From assembly GCA_000002445.1 (NCBI GenBank), contig AL929603.2, positions 96,001 through 160,000 on the forward strand: a DNA stretch of 64,000 bases. The letters are read 5' to 3'. This document shows positions 34,249 to 47,200 of the stretch, piece by piece (position 1 is the stretch's first letter; the number at the start of each line of letters is the position of its first letter). The position numbers and the translations under genes are program-made. The notes below the pieces were generated by a model. That model was not told the DNA's origin and did no database searches. It saw nothing but the letters and a program-made list of their open reading frames with translations. This DNA comes from Trypanosoma brucei (taxonomy: Eukaryota).

Positions 34249-35074
34249 ATGCCGAGAGCCAACAATCCTGCAGCTCCACGTGGAAACGATGCAAATCAAC
34301 AAGTGGCAGGTAATATTGAAGCAGCCATGAGGAGACCACGGGATGAAAATGTACCGCCTCCTCCTCCTCCTGCTGCTGCTGCTGCTCAGCCTCCACAAAT
34401 ACGGCAGAGAACTGAAGAGAGGCCCAATTGGACAATGAATAGTAAGGTGAGGGATGTGCTGCTGGAAGATGTGCCGCTGCAACGGTATGAGGTTCTGCGT
34501 AAAATGACACTGCATGATTTATGGAGTGGCAGAAACGGAAAATGTGAGGATTCCCATGTTTGTTGAAAATCCGGGAGAATATATTACGAACGCAAGAATT
34601 CTACATGACATACAGAATCTCCACAAGTTCAGACAGTACAAAAAGATTTGTGAGCGGTTGCCTGAAGTAGAAGGAAATCTCCTCTCTACCTTAATGGGAA
34701 GGGAAATTTACTACCTCAGTCAGTGGGAGGAGAAGGGAAGAGGGGAAATAAGGGAATTTGTTGGTCCCGTGGCGAGGGGAAGGTTGGATGGAGCACTGGA
34801 GGTCGCCAAAGAAGCAAGGAAACGAGCTGCCCAACCAGCCTGTGGTGCTGTCGAACTTAAAGGAGTGTATGATTCTATATACAATGCGAAATGGAGTTAT
34901 GTGATGCCGGGTTATGATGAAGAGCCACTTGGAATGAAAGTGTTTAATGGAAAACCGCAGCGCATTTGGACCGAAGCGGAGGTGGATATAACTCCTGAAC
35001 CTGCGAATGTTGATGCAGAGATTAAGAAGGGATCCAATGGTTTAGAGATTTTTGTTCTCACTTCGGAGAAGGTG
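34249..35074 (+). pseudogene. RHS: RHS gene 5' portion (about 275 codons, one frameshift near 34560), truncated at the palindrome centre after ...LEIFVLTSEKV
   Basis: The translation reads MPRANNPAAPRGNDANQQVAGNIEAAMRRPRDENVPPPPPPAAAAAQPPQIRQRTEE...GRGEIREFVGPVARGRLDGALEVAKEARKRA...GVYDSIYNAKWSYVMPGYDEEPLGMKVFNGKPQRIWTEAEVDITPEPANVDA. The 5' flank at 34150..34248 matches the flank of the RHS at 3081..3150 on the other strand. Confidence 0.85.
34356..34386. repeat. (CCT)n(GCT)n trinucleotide repeat encoding the Pro/Ala run in the RHS N-terminus; its length is polymorphic between copies
   Basis: The runs are PPPPPPAAAAAQ here, PPAAAAAAQ in the mirror copy (about 35800) and PPPPAAAAAQ in the copy at 2052..3080. 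Confidence 0.85.
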
Positions 35075-35139
35075 ATTTGCGCCCCGTACCGCTATGTGAA
35101 GCAGGAGTTCGAGCTTTGAATAGTGTTACGCCCCCCGCC
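35075..35139. other. Non-palindromic central spacer of the inverted repeat (~65 bp)
   Basis: The left arm ends at ...CACTTCGGAGAAGGT (35074). The right arm starts at ACCTTCTCCGAAGTG (35140). The intervening GATTTGCGCCCCGTACCGCTATGTGAAGCAGGAGTTCGAGCTTTGAATAGTGTTACGCCCCCCGCCA is not self-complementary. Confidence 0.8.
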
Positions 35140-35944
35140 AACCTTCTCCGAAGTGAGAACAAAAATCTCCAAACCATTGGGTCTCTCCGGCACTCGTGCA
35201 TCAACATTCGCAGGTTCAGGAGTTATATCCACCTCCGCTTCGGTCCAAATGCGCTGCGGTTTTCCATTAAACACTTTCATTCCAAGTGGCTCTTCATCAT
35301 AACCCGGCATCACATAACTCCATTTCGCATTGTATATAGAATCATACACTCCTTTAAGTTCGACAGCACCACAGGCTGGTTGGGCAGCTCGTTTCCTTGC
35401 TTCTTTGGCGACCTCCAGTGCTCCATCCAACCTTCCCCTCGCCACGGGACCAACAAATTCCCTTATTTCCCCTCTTCCCTTCTCCTCCCACTGACTGAGG
35501 TAGTAAATTTCCCTTCCCATTAAGGTAGAGAGGAGATTTCCTTCTACTTCAGGCAACCGCTCACAAATCTTTTTGTACTGTCTGAACTTGTGGAGATTCT
35601 GTATGTCATGTAGAATTCTTGCGTTCGTAATATATTCTCCCGGATTTTCAACAAACATGGGAATCCTCACATTTTCCGTTTCTGCCACTCCATAAATCAT
35701 GCAGTGTCATTTTACGCAGAACCTCATACCGTTGCAGCGGCACATCCCTCGCCTTACTATTCATCGTCCAGTTGGGCCCCTCTTCAGTTCTCTGCCGTAT
35801 TTGTGGAGGCTGAGCAGCAGCAGCAGCAGCAGGAGGCGGTACATTTTCATCCCGTGGTCTCCTCATGGCTGCTTCAATATTACCTGCCACTTGTTGATTT
35901 GCATCGTTTCCACGTGGAGCTGCAGGATTGTTGGCTCTCGGCAT
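35140..35944 (-). pseudogene. RHS: Mirror copy of the truncated RHS 5' portion (tail-to-tail with 34249..35074)
   Basis: The ORFs 35092..35700 (-) and 35648..35944 (-) are near-identical to 34514..35119 and 34249..34566. The differences are one 15-bp indel, the (CCT/GCT)n length and a small indel near ...ANVDA(RVPERPNGLEIF). Confidence 0.85.
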
Positions 35945-38458
35945 ACATTTTATTATTAACTTAATTTAACTTCCCTTTCCTTTACTTCTCTGAAAATATA
36001 AATAACTGAAGTAAAATAACCGATGAGGAAAATAACAGTGTGCGAATAGTTTAATATAATAACAAAAGTAATAAAGCGAGATAATATTTATTCACTATTG
36101 TTTGTGTTATACGGTATTATACCTTATTTGGTATTAAGGAAAACAATTCCAAAATACGGCAGCTGTATAAATATTTCCCTTGCCTTGTTATCATATGCCA
36201 AATATAAAAATAATGAATTTCATGCATCACCAATCCCAACTGTGGGCGGTGTGAAAAAAACCAAAAACAAACACATTGCACCCTCACATTTCTGACGATC
36301 CAAAATGAATGAAACAACAAATAACAAAAATCAATAAACAACGAAAGTTAAGAGGGAAATCAACGAAAGCTCACCACAATACAAAGAAACATACAAAAAC
36401 TGTTCCACTAATTTCCACTCTTGTTGATACGCGACAGCGGGTTCTATTGGCTCAAGCTCATCCATGCAAACACAAATACAGTTCCCAAAGTGCTTCACCC
36501 CTAAGTCCCACTGCATCCTCAATGTTATGGAATACATCAGTTAACAAAAAAAAAACAATAATAATAATAATACTATCAGTTACCTCACGTCCTTCAACGC
36601 ATCATCATTCCCCTCCTTCTCAGCCTATCATAATAAACTGCATACTTCATGTTAGTAAATCACCACCTGACAATCAAACATAAATATTACCCATCAACAG
36701 TTGGAACTGCACTTCTCGGGTATTATTACACTTTTCATACCGCTGAACTCTAATCATTTTAGAGTAATCATATGAAAGATAGGGCAAGTGATAACATACG
36801 CTGTGCCGGTAGCCAGTGGATGTACAACGAATCGCACACTCAAAATAATGACTTTCCATCAAATAAATAGTGAACTGGACACCTCGGCTTCTTGCACAGA
36901 AACCTTCATACATTCGTATCTGTGCGCACCTTAAGTAACAAATGGTAGAGAAAAATTAGGAGAATACATGAAAAGGTGAAAGGGGCGTCGACGATTAAGA
37001 AAAAAAAATATTTCGGACACATCACTCAGTGTAAAATATTAAACACAATATGTGACATCCATCTGGTAGAAATGAAAACCGTAAACGACACGCTCTGTAG
37101 GAAATTACGGTTAGGCAGCTAAGTATTAATATCTGATGTAAACAATGTTGCAATGTTTTCATTAACACATATGTGCTTCTACAAAAAATGCATATCGTAT
37201 CTAATGTTAACATCGTTAAGTAATAAAAAAAAACGAATTAAAGTAACCAAATTTTAAAAAGGGATCATACGCTCGTTGTTAACTGTGCTTACTGCCGAGA
37301 GGTTAATTTTGATAGAGTCCACAACCCTCCTAACACAGAGTTATACCGTGACATCACCTGCCGTGATTATTTGTTTCCACACTCTTTTGTTGATGTTTTC
37401 CCCGTTTACTCTTCTCCTTCCTCTCTTTTATTGATTTCCCACAGCCGCTCTTTCATGATTTACATCCATGTCGGTTACTTCCCCTCCCCGCAATATTTTC
37501 AATAGCTAACATAGCGACGGTATTAACATTAAATTGCACAAGGTAATGTTTCATACTGTTGGCCCAAAATAAATGAACATATTTGCGATCTTCCTCACTT
37601 CATTTGCCCGCTGTATCGTTGCACAATTGTTGGCGTCTCATCTTTCTGACGGCAACATGCTGAGCACAAATAACTCCCCACCCAAATTCATTCATAAAAT
37701 TTCTCAAAAACATATCCCTATTCGCATCACATGTTAGAAGGACAGGATTCTCGAGCATATTAAGGGCTGTTCCTGTTTTGTTATCATGTGATCCAGCAGT
37801 TTGGAATTGCAACATCACCACCGTTTATTTTTCGTTGATTTTCAACTTCGGTGGTTGTGTCGCAATCCACAACAAACAAGGTATCAAATAGTGGGAAAAT
37901 GGGTGGGAACCCGTAAAGTTGCATGGTGTGTGGAGAGTTGATTGTTCCCTCATGGATATTTGGAAGGCGCTGTGCTTTACTGAAGTTCAGGAAAATATCG
38001 CTCAGGCGGTTCAACACGCTGACATCCTGCATCGTTTCCTGTTTCCACTCCGCGGTTGCGGGCAATGACCCTATCATGTCAATAAAAGGAAATAATACCC
38101 TGGGAAAATCGAAAGCACTTGCGGCATCACCTTCAAAACACAAGACAAAACTGATCTGTATATGAGTGACTCTCCTCACACAATGTTGTCGTGCAACGTC
38201 TCTGCGCGACTGGAAAGTTACCACCCTCAATGCGGATTCAAAGTGCAGCGTGCACACATACGTTTCGGAATCTCCTGTACGATAGATGCGACCAAGGTTG
38301 ATGAATTTATGCAGCAGCAGTCTTCCAATCCATTTGCCATATGGGCGCAACGTTCCAAGATACAACACAGACATATATACATATACATATATATATGCAT
38401 GCATGACCTCCTATAAAATATGCGGTAACAGGCAATACTCTGGCATCATGCTTTAGTT

Positions 38459-38470
38459 TGTGAAGGAGAA
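38459..38470 (-). repeat. TSD TGTGAAGGAGAA (reverse complement of TTCTCCTTCACA) flanking the RIME; second copy at 38972..38983
   Basis: Seen in the sequence. It is identical to the left-arm TSD. Confidence 0.85.
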
Positions 38471-38971
38471 TTTTTTTTGAATTTTCTTCGTGCCTTCGTG
38501 GGAGTTTCCCCCCACTGGCGCGGCCATCAGCCATCACCGTAGAGCCCTGAAATGCTATCGGTCTGGCGACTGTGGCAGAGTCTCCCTTTTTCATTCATCC
38601 TAACACACTCTCTATAATTTTTGTTGTATTTCCGCATATGAACGGAATACAGCAGATGGGGCGAGAAGCCTCCCACCCTGGACTCTCCCAAAGATGCCAA
38701 TTGGCAATCCTTTTTTTTTGGAGTTCCACATCACCGGACAGCAGCATCTTAGTGCGGATGATACTGCTGATGGCACGCTGGCACGTGCCCAGGGACCGAC
38801 AAATGAAAAACGGTGTCCCAGCAAGACGCTGCTGATCCCTGTACTGTATGATGCCGTAGCCGGAGCACAGCAGTGTTCCCCATGAAAGGAACGCTGCTGG
38901 CTCTTGGCTTCCCCCGATGATACGGGGTACTGGACCCTGGCACCACGTTGAGGTGGCCGGCATCGCCAGGG
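38471..38971 (-). mobile_element. RIME (ribosomal mobile element, 501 bp: ingi 5' half joined to ingi 3' half) at the position that is paralogous to the left-arm ingi
   Basis: The 5' half is CCCTGGCGATGCCGG...GATGTGGAA. It joins directly to the 3' half ...GGATTGCCAATTGGCATCTTTGGGAGAGTCCAGGGTGGGAGGCTTCTCGCC...A8. The ORF 38612..39025 reads across the junction as ...CCCPVMWN|SKKKGLPIGIFGRVQGGRLLAPSAVFRSYAEIQQKL. Confidence 0.9.
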
Positions 38972-38983
38972 TGTGAAGGAGAA

Positions 38984-39459
38984 GTGAGCCGATGGCCAGT
39001 GACTTACTGATTCTGGAGTTTCCAATCACAATGTAAGGATTTGGTGCGTGTCTTAGTATTCGAGTTTCCTCAGCTGGCCAAGCGCAGAGCTTTCTTTCCA
39101 CAACATTTCACAGTCTCCAGTCCTTTCTCTGAATGAGAATGTCATTGTGAATTTAAATATTAAACTGTGAGTACGACCACTCCATTTAAGATGTTGGAAC
39201 CGTTGCTTCACCTCCTTCCCGTGCGTTCCGGCTTATGTTCAAAAGTTTCCTCAATTTTGGGGACGACATTAACTTCTTCATCTTTCCACATTATATCATC
39301 AGCACGCGTTCCATCAACAAACTTCATGCCCAGCATTTGAGTTCCATTGTCCATTATAATGTCACTCCACTTTGAATTGCATACGGAGCCATATAAACTG
39401 AAAACATTATCACCTCTTGCTTCACGTCCTCTCAGACGCTTTTCTCCCAGAATAAGTGT
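38984..39459 (-). pseudogene. RHS: RHS gene 5' portion (mirror of 26030..26517), upstream of the RIME
   Basis: The ORF 38595..39101 (-) begins with the RHS-derived MERKLCAWPAEETRILRHAPNPYIVIGNSRISKSLAIGSLLLHTL before entering the RIME. Confidence 0.75.
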
Positions 39460-42400
39460 CTGGTGTCCTGAAGCAAAATGTTGAGTATTGTTCTTGATTA
39501 AAATATTTGCTTTACTTTTCTAACTAATTCGGCTTCTTAGTGTTTCCTTTTAAAGGATACAAAAGCTTTATCGCAAAGGGATTCCTATACTAAAGGACGC
39601 ACATGGTTACTCAGATAGAACAGTTATAAATCTCAAATAAAGTTCAGTAACCTTTCCTTACACATTTTTTTATCCAATGAAAATATTTCCACAGTGCTCT
39701 ACTGCAGCATTGTGGCCATTAAAAAAATAGTTTTGGCGCTGCCTCAGGTATTCACTGGCATTTCCCCTCTTTTCAACGCATGTTTACAAGCAGAGGCATG
39801 CCTCATTGCTGTCACACCTTAGCGTTATTGAATCTATTTTCATACCTCCAAGGACCATACAGCATGAGATTCTATTTTCAAATACATTAATTGATCCACG
39901 AGATTTGGTATTTTATTCATTTCATCTGACTGTTGGTTTTCCTCATTCTCTGAGTTCGCAAACACCACTGAGCTAATTCCGCGCAAATGTACACATGTAA
40001 CTTCAAGGTAATATATGTTTATCACTGTTGTATTCTTTCGTATTTCTTTTGTTGGCTGCTGGTGCCCAGTAAGTTCCTATCATAAAATATGTATCATCTT
40101 ACAAGACACAGCAATAATGGTCATGATAAAGTTTCTGAATTCCCTGTATTTAATGTTGGACGCTGGTGTGAGGAATGGATTCAAAAACAAACAAACAAAT
40201 AAACAAACTGAAGCCTCCTGTTCGTAAATGAAGAGTTTGTGTTCACATCGTTGGAGAGTGTCGGCACCAGGAGATATACTTTTCTCGCTTTGCAGTGTGT
40301 GTTTCACTACAGTTTCCGTTCGTTCCGCCATATGGGAAAATAAATTGTTTTGGATATTTGAGTCTGCGCCGCCTTCCCCACTCAAAGCACCTTGCATAAT
40401 GAGTATTATTGTAGTAAATTTTGAGTTCTCATGAGGATTTCACACTTCACACGCGCAAAAAAAAATTGTTACAATGACTCGATTACTGTTGCACACATGG
40501 AAATGGTGGCTGCGATAGAAGCTTCCCTTAATTTGTGTCATTTTCGTGAGAGTTGAGTTTTAAGCAACATTGTGCCTCCTAAACCTCGATACGCATTTTA
40601 AAAAAATGAGATTAAAAAAAAGACTCACTATTTGATACAAAATGTAAGGGAACTTGGCATTTAATAATAATTATTATTATTGAACACACATTCATATGTT
40701 AATTTTTTTCCATCACCGTTAGGAACGTAATCATCACAATTTAAAGAACCACCAATACGCAAATATTTCCATACGCCACTTGACTGTCTTCGAAGCGCTG
40801 CCCAATTGGTTTTGAATGTAAGTGCAATACAAAAGAACAAAAACATTTGAGAGAAAGAATTCAGTAATAAAAAATATGGTTAAAGTTCCCCATCACCTTT
40901 CTGAAACCTTTTGAACTTTGCGCATCTGCACGCTCAAGGCAAATCAAAGTTTCTCTAACCATTGATGTTTACATTATTTCCAATCGACCATGTTTCTTGA
41001 AACAGATGTTGGAAAGAAAATACAAATAGTGATGGATGAAAACCTGAATATTAATACTGACAATAATAATGGTAATAATAATGGTAATAAAAAATAAATA
41101 GATTAATTAATTAAATTACATTCCTTCAGTGCATTGCACTTATGCAGGGATTATGACTCGTACAAACCTGTCTCATAGTTATTTATGAATTCATGACAAA
41201 CAACTCGGTAATGATGCGCCATGAAATGTTTAATCAACGAATCTTACATTCCACGTATAATACGATGCAAACCGAACAAACATCAGTCACAAAAGCGATT
41301 TGTTTAAAAATGATATATATATATATATATTTTTTTTTTTTGCGAGCGTGTAGAAGCAAATAAATATAACACTGTGCGCAGAGGATGAAGGGTACAAACA
41401 AATGAAACAACGATAAAAAAATTATTTACAAGATTAAAAGAAAGTGCCGTTTGAATAAAGAGAAATTAAACAAGAGGTGGTGACAAATCGTATGCTTTTA
41501 ATATACTTACTGCAGATATTTAGTTTGTAACGATTAGTATTATATAAACAGCAACACATGTGATGAAACTCAGGAATATATCAACTAAACCTCAGATTGT
41601 TCGACAGACAAGCAAAAAAAAAAAAGAAAAGAAGAATAATATGAAAAAAAAAACATCTGGTGTTAATGTCGCACAACATATTTCAACAGTTGATTCACAC
41701 TACAAATTTCCTATAAACATACGATTTAAATCACCACCTGCACATTCCCTTCCGCGTATCGTTGTTTTGACTTCAAACAGCTTACAAGTATAATTTGCTG
41801 ATGCCATCTTTACATAATAAAATGAAACTATTAAAGTTTATCACAGTCCGCAAATTACGGGTTTTAGGTTGCAGTCGTCGGTTGTTCTTCCCTCTGCATA
41901 ATGGTCTCTCATTAACATACAAATATCTCTCAACAAAAATATTCACATTAGAGAGATTAGGTGATGAATGATTTGAGTCAACTCCTTCCACTTGTAACTT
42001 CATCACGGCATGGTTGCGGCTCACAACAGAAGGAAGGGTGTTTTTACTCTTAGGTTGAATGATACCTGCAGTTCCAACATAATTCGATATATATATATAT
42101 ATATATATTCTTTATTTCTACTTTCTGCACTTCTCCACTTTCGTGTTGTCCATACAACAAATATCTCTTTACCCGATGGTGAATGAGATGTGGTGTGCTG
42201 TTTAGAAACTGAACTACATTTTTAGCTGAGAGTGGAAAAGCTGAAAAAGTGTTTTGGTTTGAAGAGTGAGTCAGTTGAAGCATTCAGCATTTGATTAACT
42301 CATAAAACATATAATTTATATTTAACCTTCCAATACCATCGCTCGAACAGAGCAGTTTCTTGTCATAAAGACATTAACCACATGCTAAAATTTTCCACGC

Positions 42401-44213
42401 CACCAAACCACACTTATATAAACTCGAAAAAATAAATAATAAATAAGCGGTTGCATATATCATACCACTTCTTGCAATGTAAACCGAAAATAGTGCGTCG
42501 CGGGAGTGAGCTTGAAATTAGTAAACGAAAAGATTCCTGTATCATAAAAGTCTTTCACTATTTCATGAAGTATTTCAATCTCCAACTAAACATCATGCAA
42601 AACACCTTAAAGCCACTCCACTTTCCAATATATAAAAATCCCACCAATGTTACTTTCATGTGCCATCGCAGTGCATCCTCATGCTTTCAATTTCAGTAGT
42701 TATTCACTTCCCAAGTTCCGTAAGCATTTACTGCTAATAATGTAAGCGAAACAATTTTGGAATATGATATTCAAGTGACAGTTGTTCTTCGATTTCACAT
42801 GCATCTCCCTTCAGATGCAGCGCTGCTTTTCGTCTCTTTTTTTTTTCTCAAATAAATAAATAACATTTGATATTTTACTATTTCGAATCGGTGTGGATTT
42901 GTATAACTTAAATGTGCGGCTGTCTGTAACTTATCAGTTAGCAGCAGTGTCTAATTAATTTAAGTGTGTGAGGAGGAAATCCTTTTGTTGTTGTTGTCAA
43001 ATAAAAAGTAAATTTGAAGAAATACATAATTTACCTCAGCAGTGTTTTCTGGAAAGTCATAAACATATACGGATACGGTAAGAAAAGGAAAATAAAATGA
43101 ATGAAAGGATTTGCTCTCGCCTTCAGTTCTTCTGAGGCATCATGTTGTAAGAAAGAAAATAATATTTCCCAAAACCAGTGAAATGGTTAATACACTTTCC
43201 CATGCACATGTATCACAAATGTTAATGGGTTAATGTGGTACACAACCCTTTGCTGTGCAAGGGAATTCGGATTGTATGACATCTTCACAAAAGTTTGGCC
43301 CAAATAATTCTGAAAGGAAATGTAATAAAATAAATTATGTTATTAAAAAACCAAACAAATACAACAAGTTATAATATAATATTTTAATGAAACGAGAATA
43401 TTCAATCGCACTGTTTGAGAATATAGATATACCAGTGGCAAGTGTAAAAAAGAATCATGAGACACGTAATGTGTTGTTTTATCCTCTTCCATGTAAGAAC
43501 TTGGTGGTCAAGATGCTGCTCTGATATAATTTATTGTAAAGTCACTCTGTCATTTCTTTCAGTAAAACAAATAATAATAAGAATAATGAAATATATTCAC
43601 TATACTTTAATGGTATATAAACTTCACTTCCTCATATCATTGACAGGCATACAGTACTGCAGAATGTTGAGTGCTTTTACTTTTCGGGTGTGGTTATGAG
43701 TAAAAATTAAATGTGAATGTTGTGTTTCATGTAATAACAATAAGAACGATAGAAATAGTAATAATATTAATTCAATATATATGTGTGAATGTGTAGTCAT
43801 AAAGTTAGAAGGGCATACAATATAATGATATATTCATTTGGTATGGTTGTAATATGAATGATCATAATACAATAATTACTACGCTTACAACTAAAATACA
43901 AATTTCCATTGAGAAAAAAGCTTGTCACATATACACACACGCTCACCTTCCTAACTGTTCTTTATTCTTCACAATATATGATGGGTATAACTTAGTAAAA
44001 TACGAAGCACTTAAATAACCGTAATGAAATCCTTGTATTTCTCGTATTTAAGATAGTGTAACATACAATACCATCCATGTGAATTGTTACTGGTATCTGT
44101 CCGAATAATGGTGTCTACAGTGAGCAAACTACTCGAACGGGCTGTTAAATTTAATAACGTGTTCTTAGCAATAAGTGGTTACAATTATACAAAGTGAAGC
44201 AATGGGTCACATA

Positions 44214-47200
44214 TTAACGGATATGCACCCTCTTTTTTCTCAGTTCAACATAAACATCAAACCAGCCATACACGTTCCTGAGATCAACCCAAGAAAGACA
44301 TGGCAATTCCAAAAGACTCCTGAATCCTTCTCTGAGCCTTCTGACATCATGGCTCTGACTGAGATGCAATTTTTTAATTGATTTTATTCTCCCAAGTGGT
44401 GTAATATCATTAAGATTTTTACAATAAGAAAGATTGAGCTCCTCAATGGTATGGGGTGGTTGAATTTCCCTGAGGTCTTCATCTGTAATGAGAGAATCCA
44501 TAAGGTTAAGAATGCGTAACCTCGGAAGAGTGAAAAGTGCACTAAACCCCTGCGTTAGCTCGTCGCATTCCCCTATATGCAACTCCTCCAGTGTCTTGAT
44601 ATTAGCAAGACATGAAGCATCGGTCATATCACACGATTCAAGGTTGAGTGTGACGAGGGATTTGCATCTGCTGATATAATATCCACCGTCACGCGTCGTA
44701 ACACTGGTGGATTCCAAGTTGAGCACACGAAGTCGTGGTAATTCGCTTAGTGCTTCCCAGCCTGAAGTTATGCGGTGACATCCGCTCAGATTCAATTCCT
44801 CCAGTGCCGTAAGGTTTGATATACTAGATATGTCTGTTAGTTTAAAATTGTAGCGTAGGTTGAGTGACGTAATGAATCGGGACAGACAAATTTCATCAAG
44901 TGTGTTATCGCTAATGTCAGATAAACCCAGATCCAGCGATCTAAGCCGTGGCAGTTTCCCAAGTGTCCAAGCTCCTTCCAGGGTATCACCGCAATCCCGC
45001 AATGACAATTCCTCAAGGGATGTGATGTTGGAGAGGGGTGTTGCGTCTGTTAACTCCTCGCGCGTTTCAATATTAAGCCTCACGAGAGATTTGCTCGTTC
45101 CAATAGATTCAACAGATATATCACTACCTCTCGCATTTCGCAGATGGAGAAAACGCAACCGTGACAGTGTACCAAGGGCATTCAGTCCCTTTAGGCCGTC
45201 TGAGTACTTCCTAACTATCAGCTCCTCCAGTGATTGAATCTCATACACCACCGTAACATCTGACAACTTCTCACACCGGAAAAACTGCAGTTTCACCAGC
45301 TTTTTGCAACTGCTGAGGCAAGCTATATCTTTAGCGGTGATGTTAGTATCAGATAGAATTGCTACACGTAGTAGAGGCAGCTTTCCGAGCGACTCCCAGC
45401 CTTTTCGTATTCCATTGCAAAAGTTAACATTCAGTTCCTCCAGTGTCGATAAGGAAGATAATACTGATATATCGGTTACCCATTTGCAATGTGATAAGTT
45501 GAGTGACTGCAGCGATTTTGATTCGGAAATATTTTTAGTTACATCATCATTGATATCCGTATATTTCAGATTCAGTACTCGAAGACGCGGCAGACAGGAA
45601 AATGACAGTACATCATATATTCCACACACAGAATCAAGTACCAGTTCCTCCAGCGTCGCAATGTTAGAGAGAGCTTTCACAGATATGAATCCCATTGACC
45701 TCTCAAGATTCAGTTTCACAAGTGACTTACTATTCCCAAGGATGGAACATTGTTGTGCATCACTGTCTCCCATGTAACATTCCTTCATGCTCAGGATACG
45801 TACCTTGGGAAGCTTTCCAAGAGTTTCAATACCTTTTCTGATGTTATGGCAACAATCAAGGTTCAACTCCTCAAGCATAGTAATGGTAGAAAGTGCTGTG
45901 ACGTCTGTTATATCTTTGCAAAACGCAAGGTTGAGTGTATTCAAAGACTTGCACTCGCTAACGTGCTGTATGTTTTCATCATTAATGCGTGTATTCGACA
46001 GTGTGGCCACACGCAGTTGGTGAAGTGTGCCAAATACATTCCAACCGGATGTTACATTACAGCAGTTGTCAATGTTGAGTTCCTCCAATGCTGTAAGGGA
46101 AGCTATTGCAGAAATAGATGTTATTTTCTTGCAATGCGAAAGATTTAATGATACAAGTGGGCTTGAGCATGTGCAGATATTCTCAAGGGAATTATCATCA
46201 ACTTGTGTCCGTCCCAAATCCAGTACACGAAGCTGCAGTAGCCTGCCCAGTGTTCCCATTCCAGAGGTTACTTTGTCACAGTAGTGGAGATTCAGTTCCT
46301 CAAGTGTAACAAGGTTTGAGAGAGGCGTGACACCACCGAACCCTTTGCAGTTCTCAAGACTGAGCCTTACAAATGAGTTACCATTCCCTAGTGAACCAAT
46401 AACTGAATCTTCCAACTGTACACCCTTTATGTTCAACACACAAAGCCGTGGCAACTCTCCAAGAACGCTCAGCCCTTTTCTGATGTTTGAACAACTATCA
46501 AGATTCAACTCCTCAAGCGTAGTGATGTTAGAGAGAGTTGTAACATCAAGTAACTTATTGCAGAAAGAAAGATCAAGCGTAACAAGGTTTTTGCACTTGC
46601 TGAAATGGGATATGTCTCTATCAGTAATATGTGTATTCGAGAGGATTGCCACATGTAGCTGCTGAAGTTTTTCAATTGCTTCCCATCCTGCATTTATCCT
46701 AATACAGTTGCTCAGATTCAGTTCATTCAATGCTTCGAGGCTTGAAATATGGGACACATTTGTCATTTTCCAACAATGGGAAAGGTTGAGGGACACCACT
46801 GTCTGCGATAGGCATAAACTTCTGAGAGACTCATTGTCGGTATTTGTGCCAGACAGGTCCAACATTTTAAGCTGTGGCAGGTTTCCGAGACATCCAATTC
46901 CTGCGTCAATACCCGTGCAGCCGTGAAGGCTTAGTTTTTCCAGAGTCAAAATGTTGGCGAGTGCTTCCACATTACTCAGTCCCGTGAAACTCTCCAGAGT
47001 TAACTGTAAAAGGGATTTTGAGGCACCAATACCAATAAAGTCAAGGGACGAGATGTGTACCTCCTTTACGTTAAGCACACGCAGGTATGGCAGTGTACCA
47101 AGGCAACCCACACCACTAATGATGTCAGCACATTTTTGAATATTCAGCTCCTCGAGTGTAACAATGCTGGATAAGAGTGTCATATCACCAAAGCCTGCGC

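Larger units (their letters stand above)
4521..35074 (+). repeat. Left arm of the giant inverted repeat (palindrome), 30.55 kb
   Basis: Mirrored ORF pairs have constant coordinate sums. Examples are 4808..5044 with 54193..54429 (sum 59237), 16972..21318 with 44214..48560 (sum 65532) and 31790..32410 with 37784..38404 (sum 70194). The outer boundary is at the revcomp match of AATAATTCACA (4521) to TGTGAATTATT (54701..54711). Confidence 0.9.
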
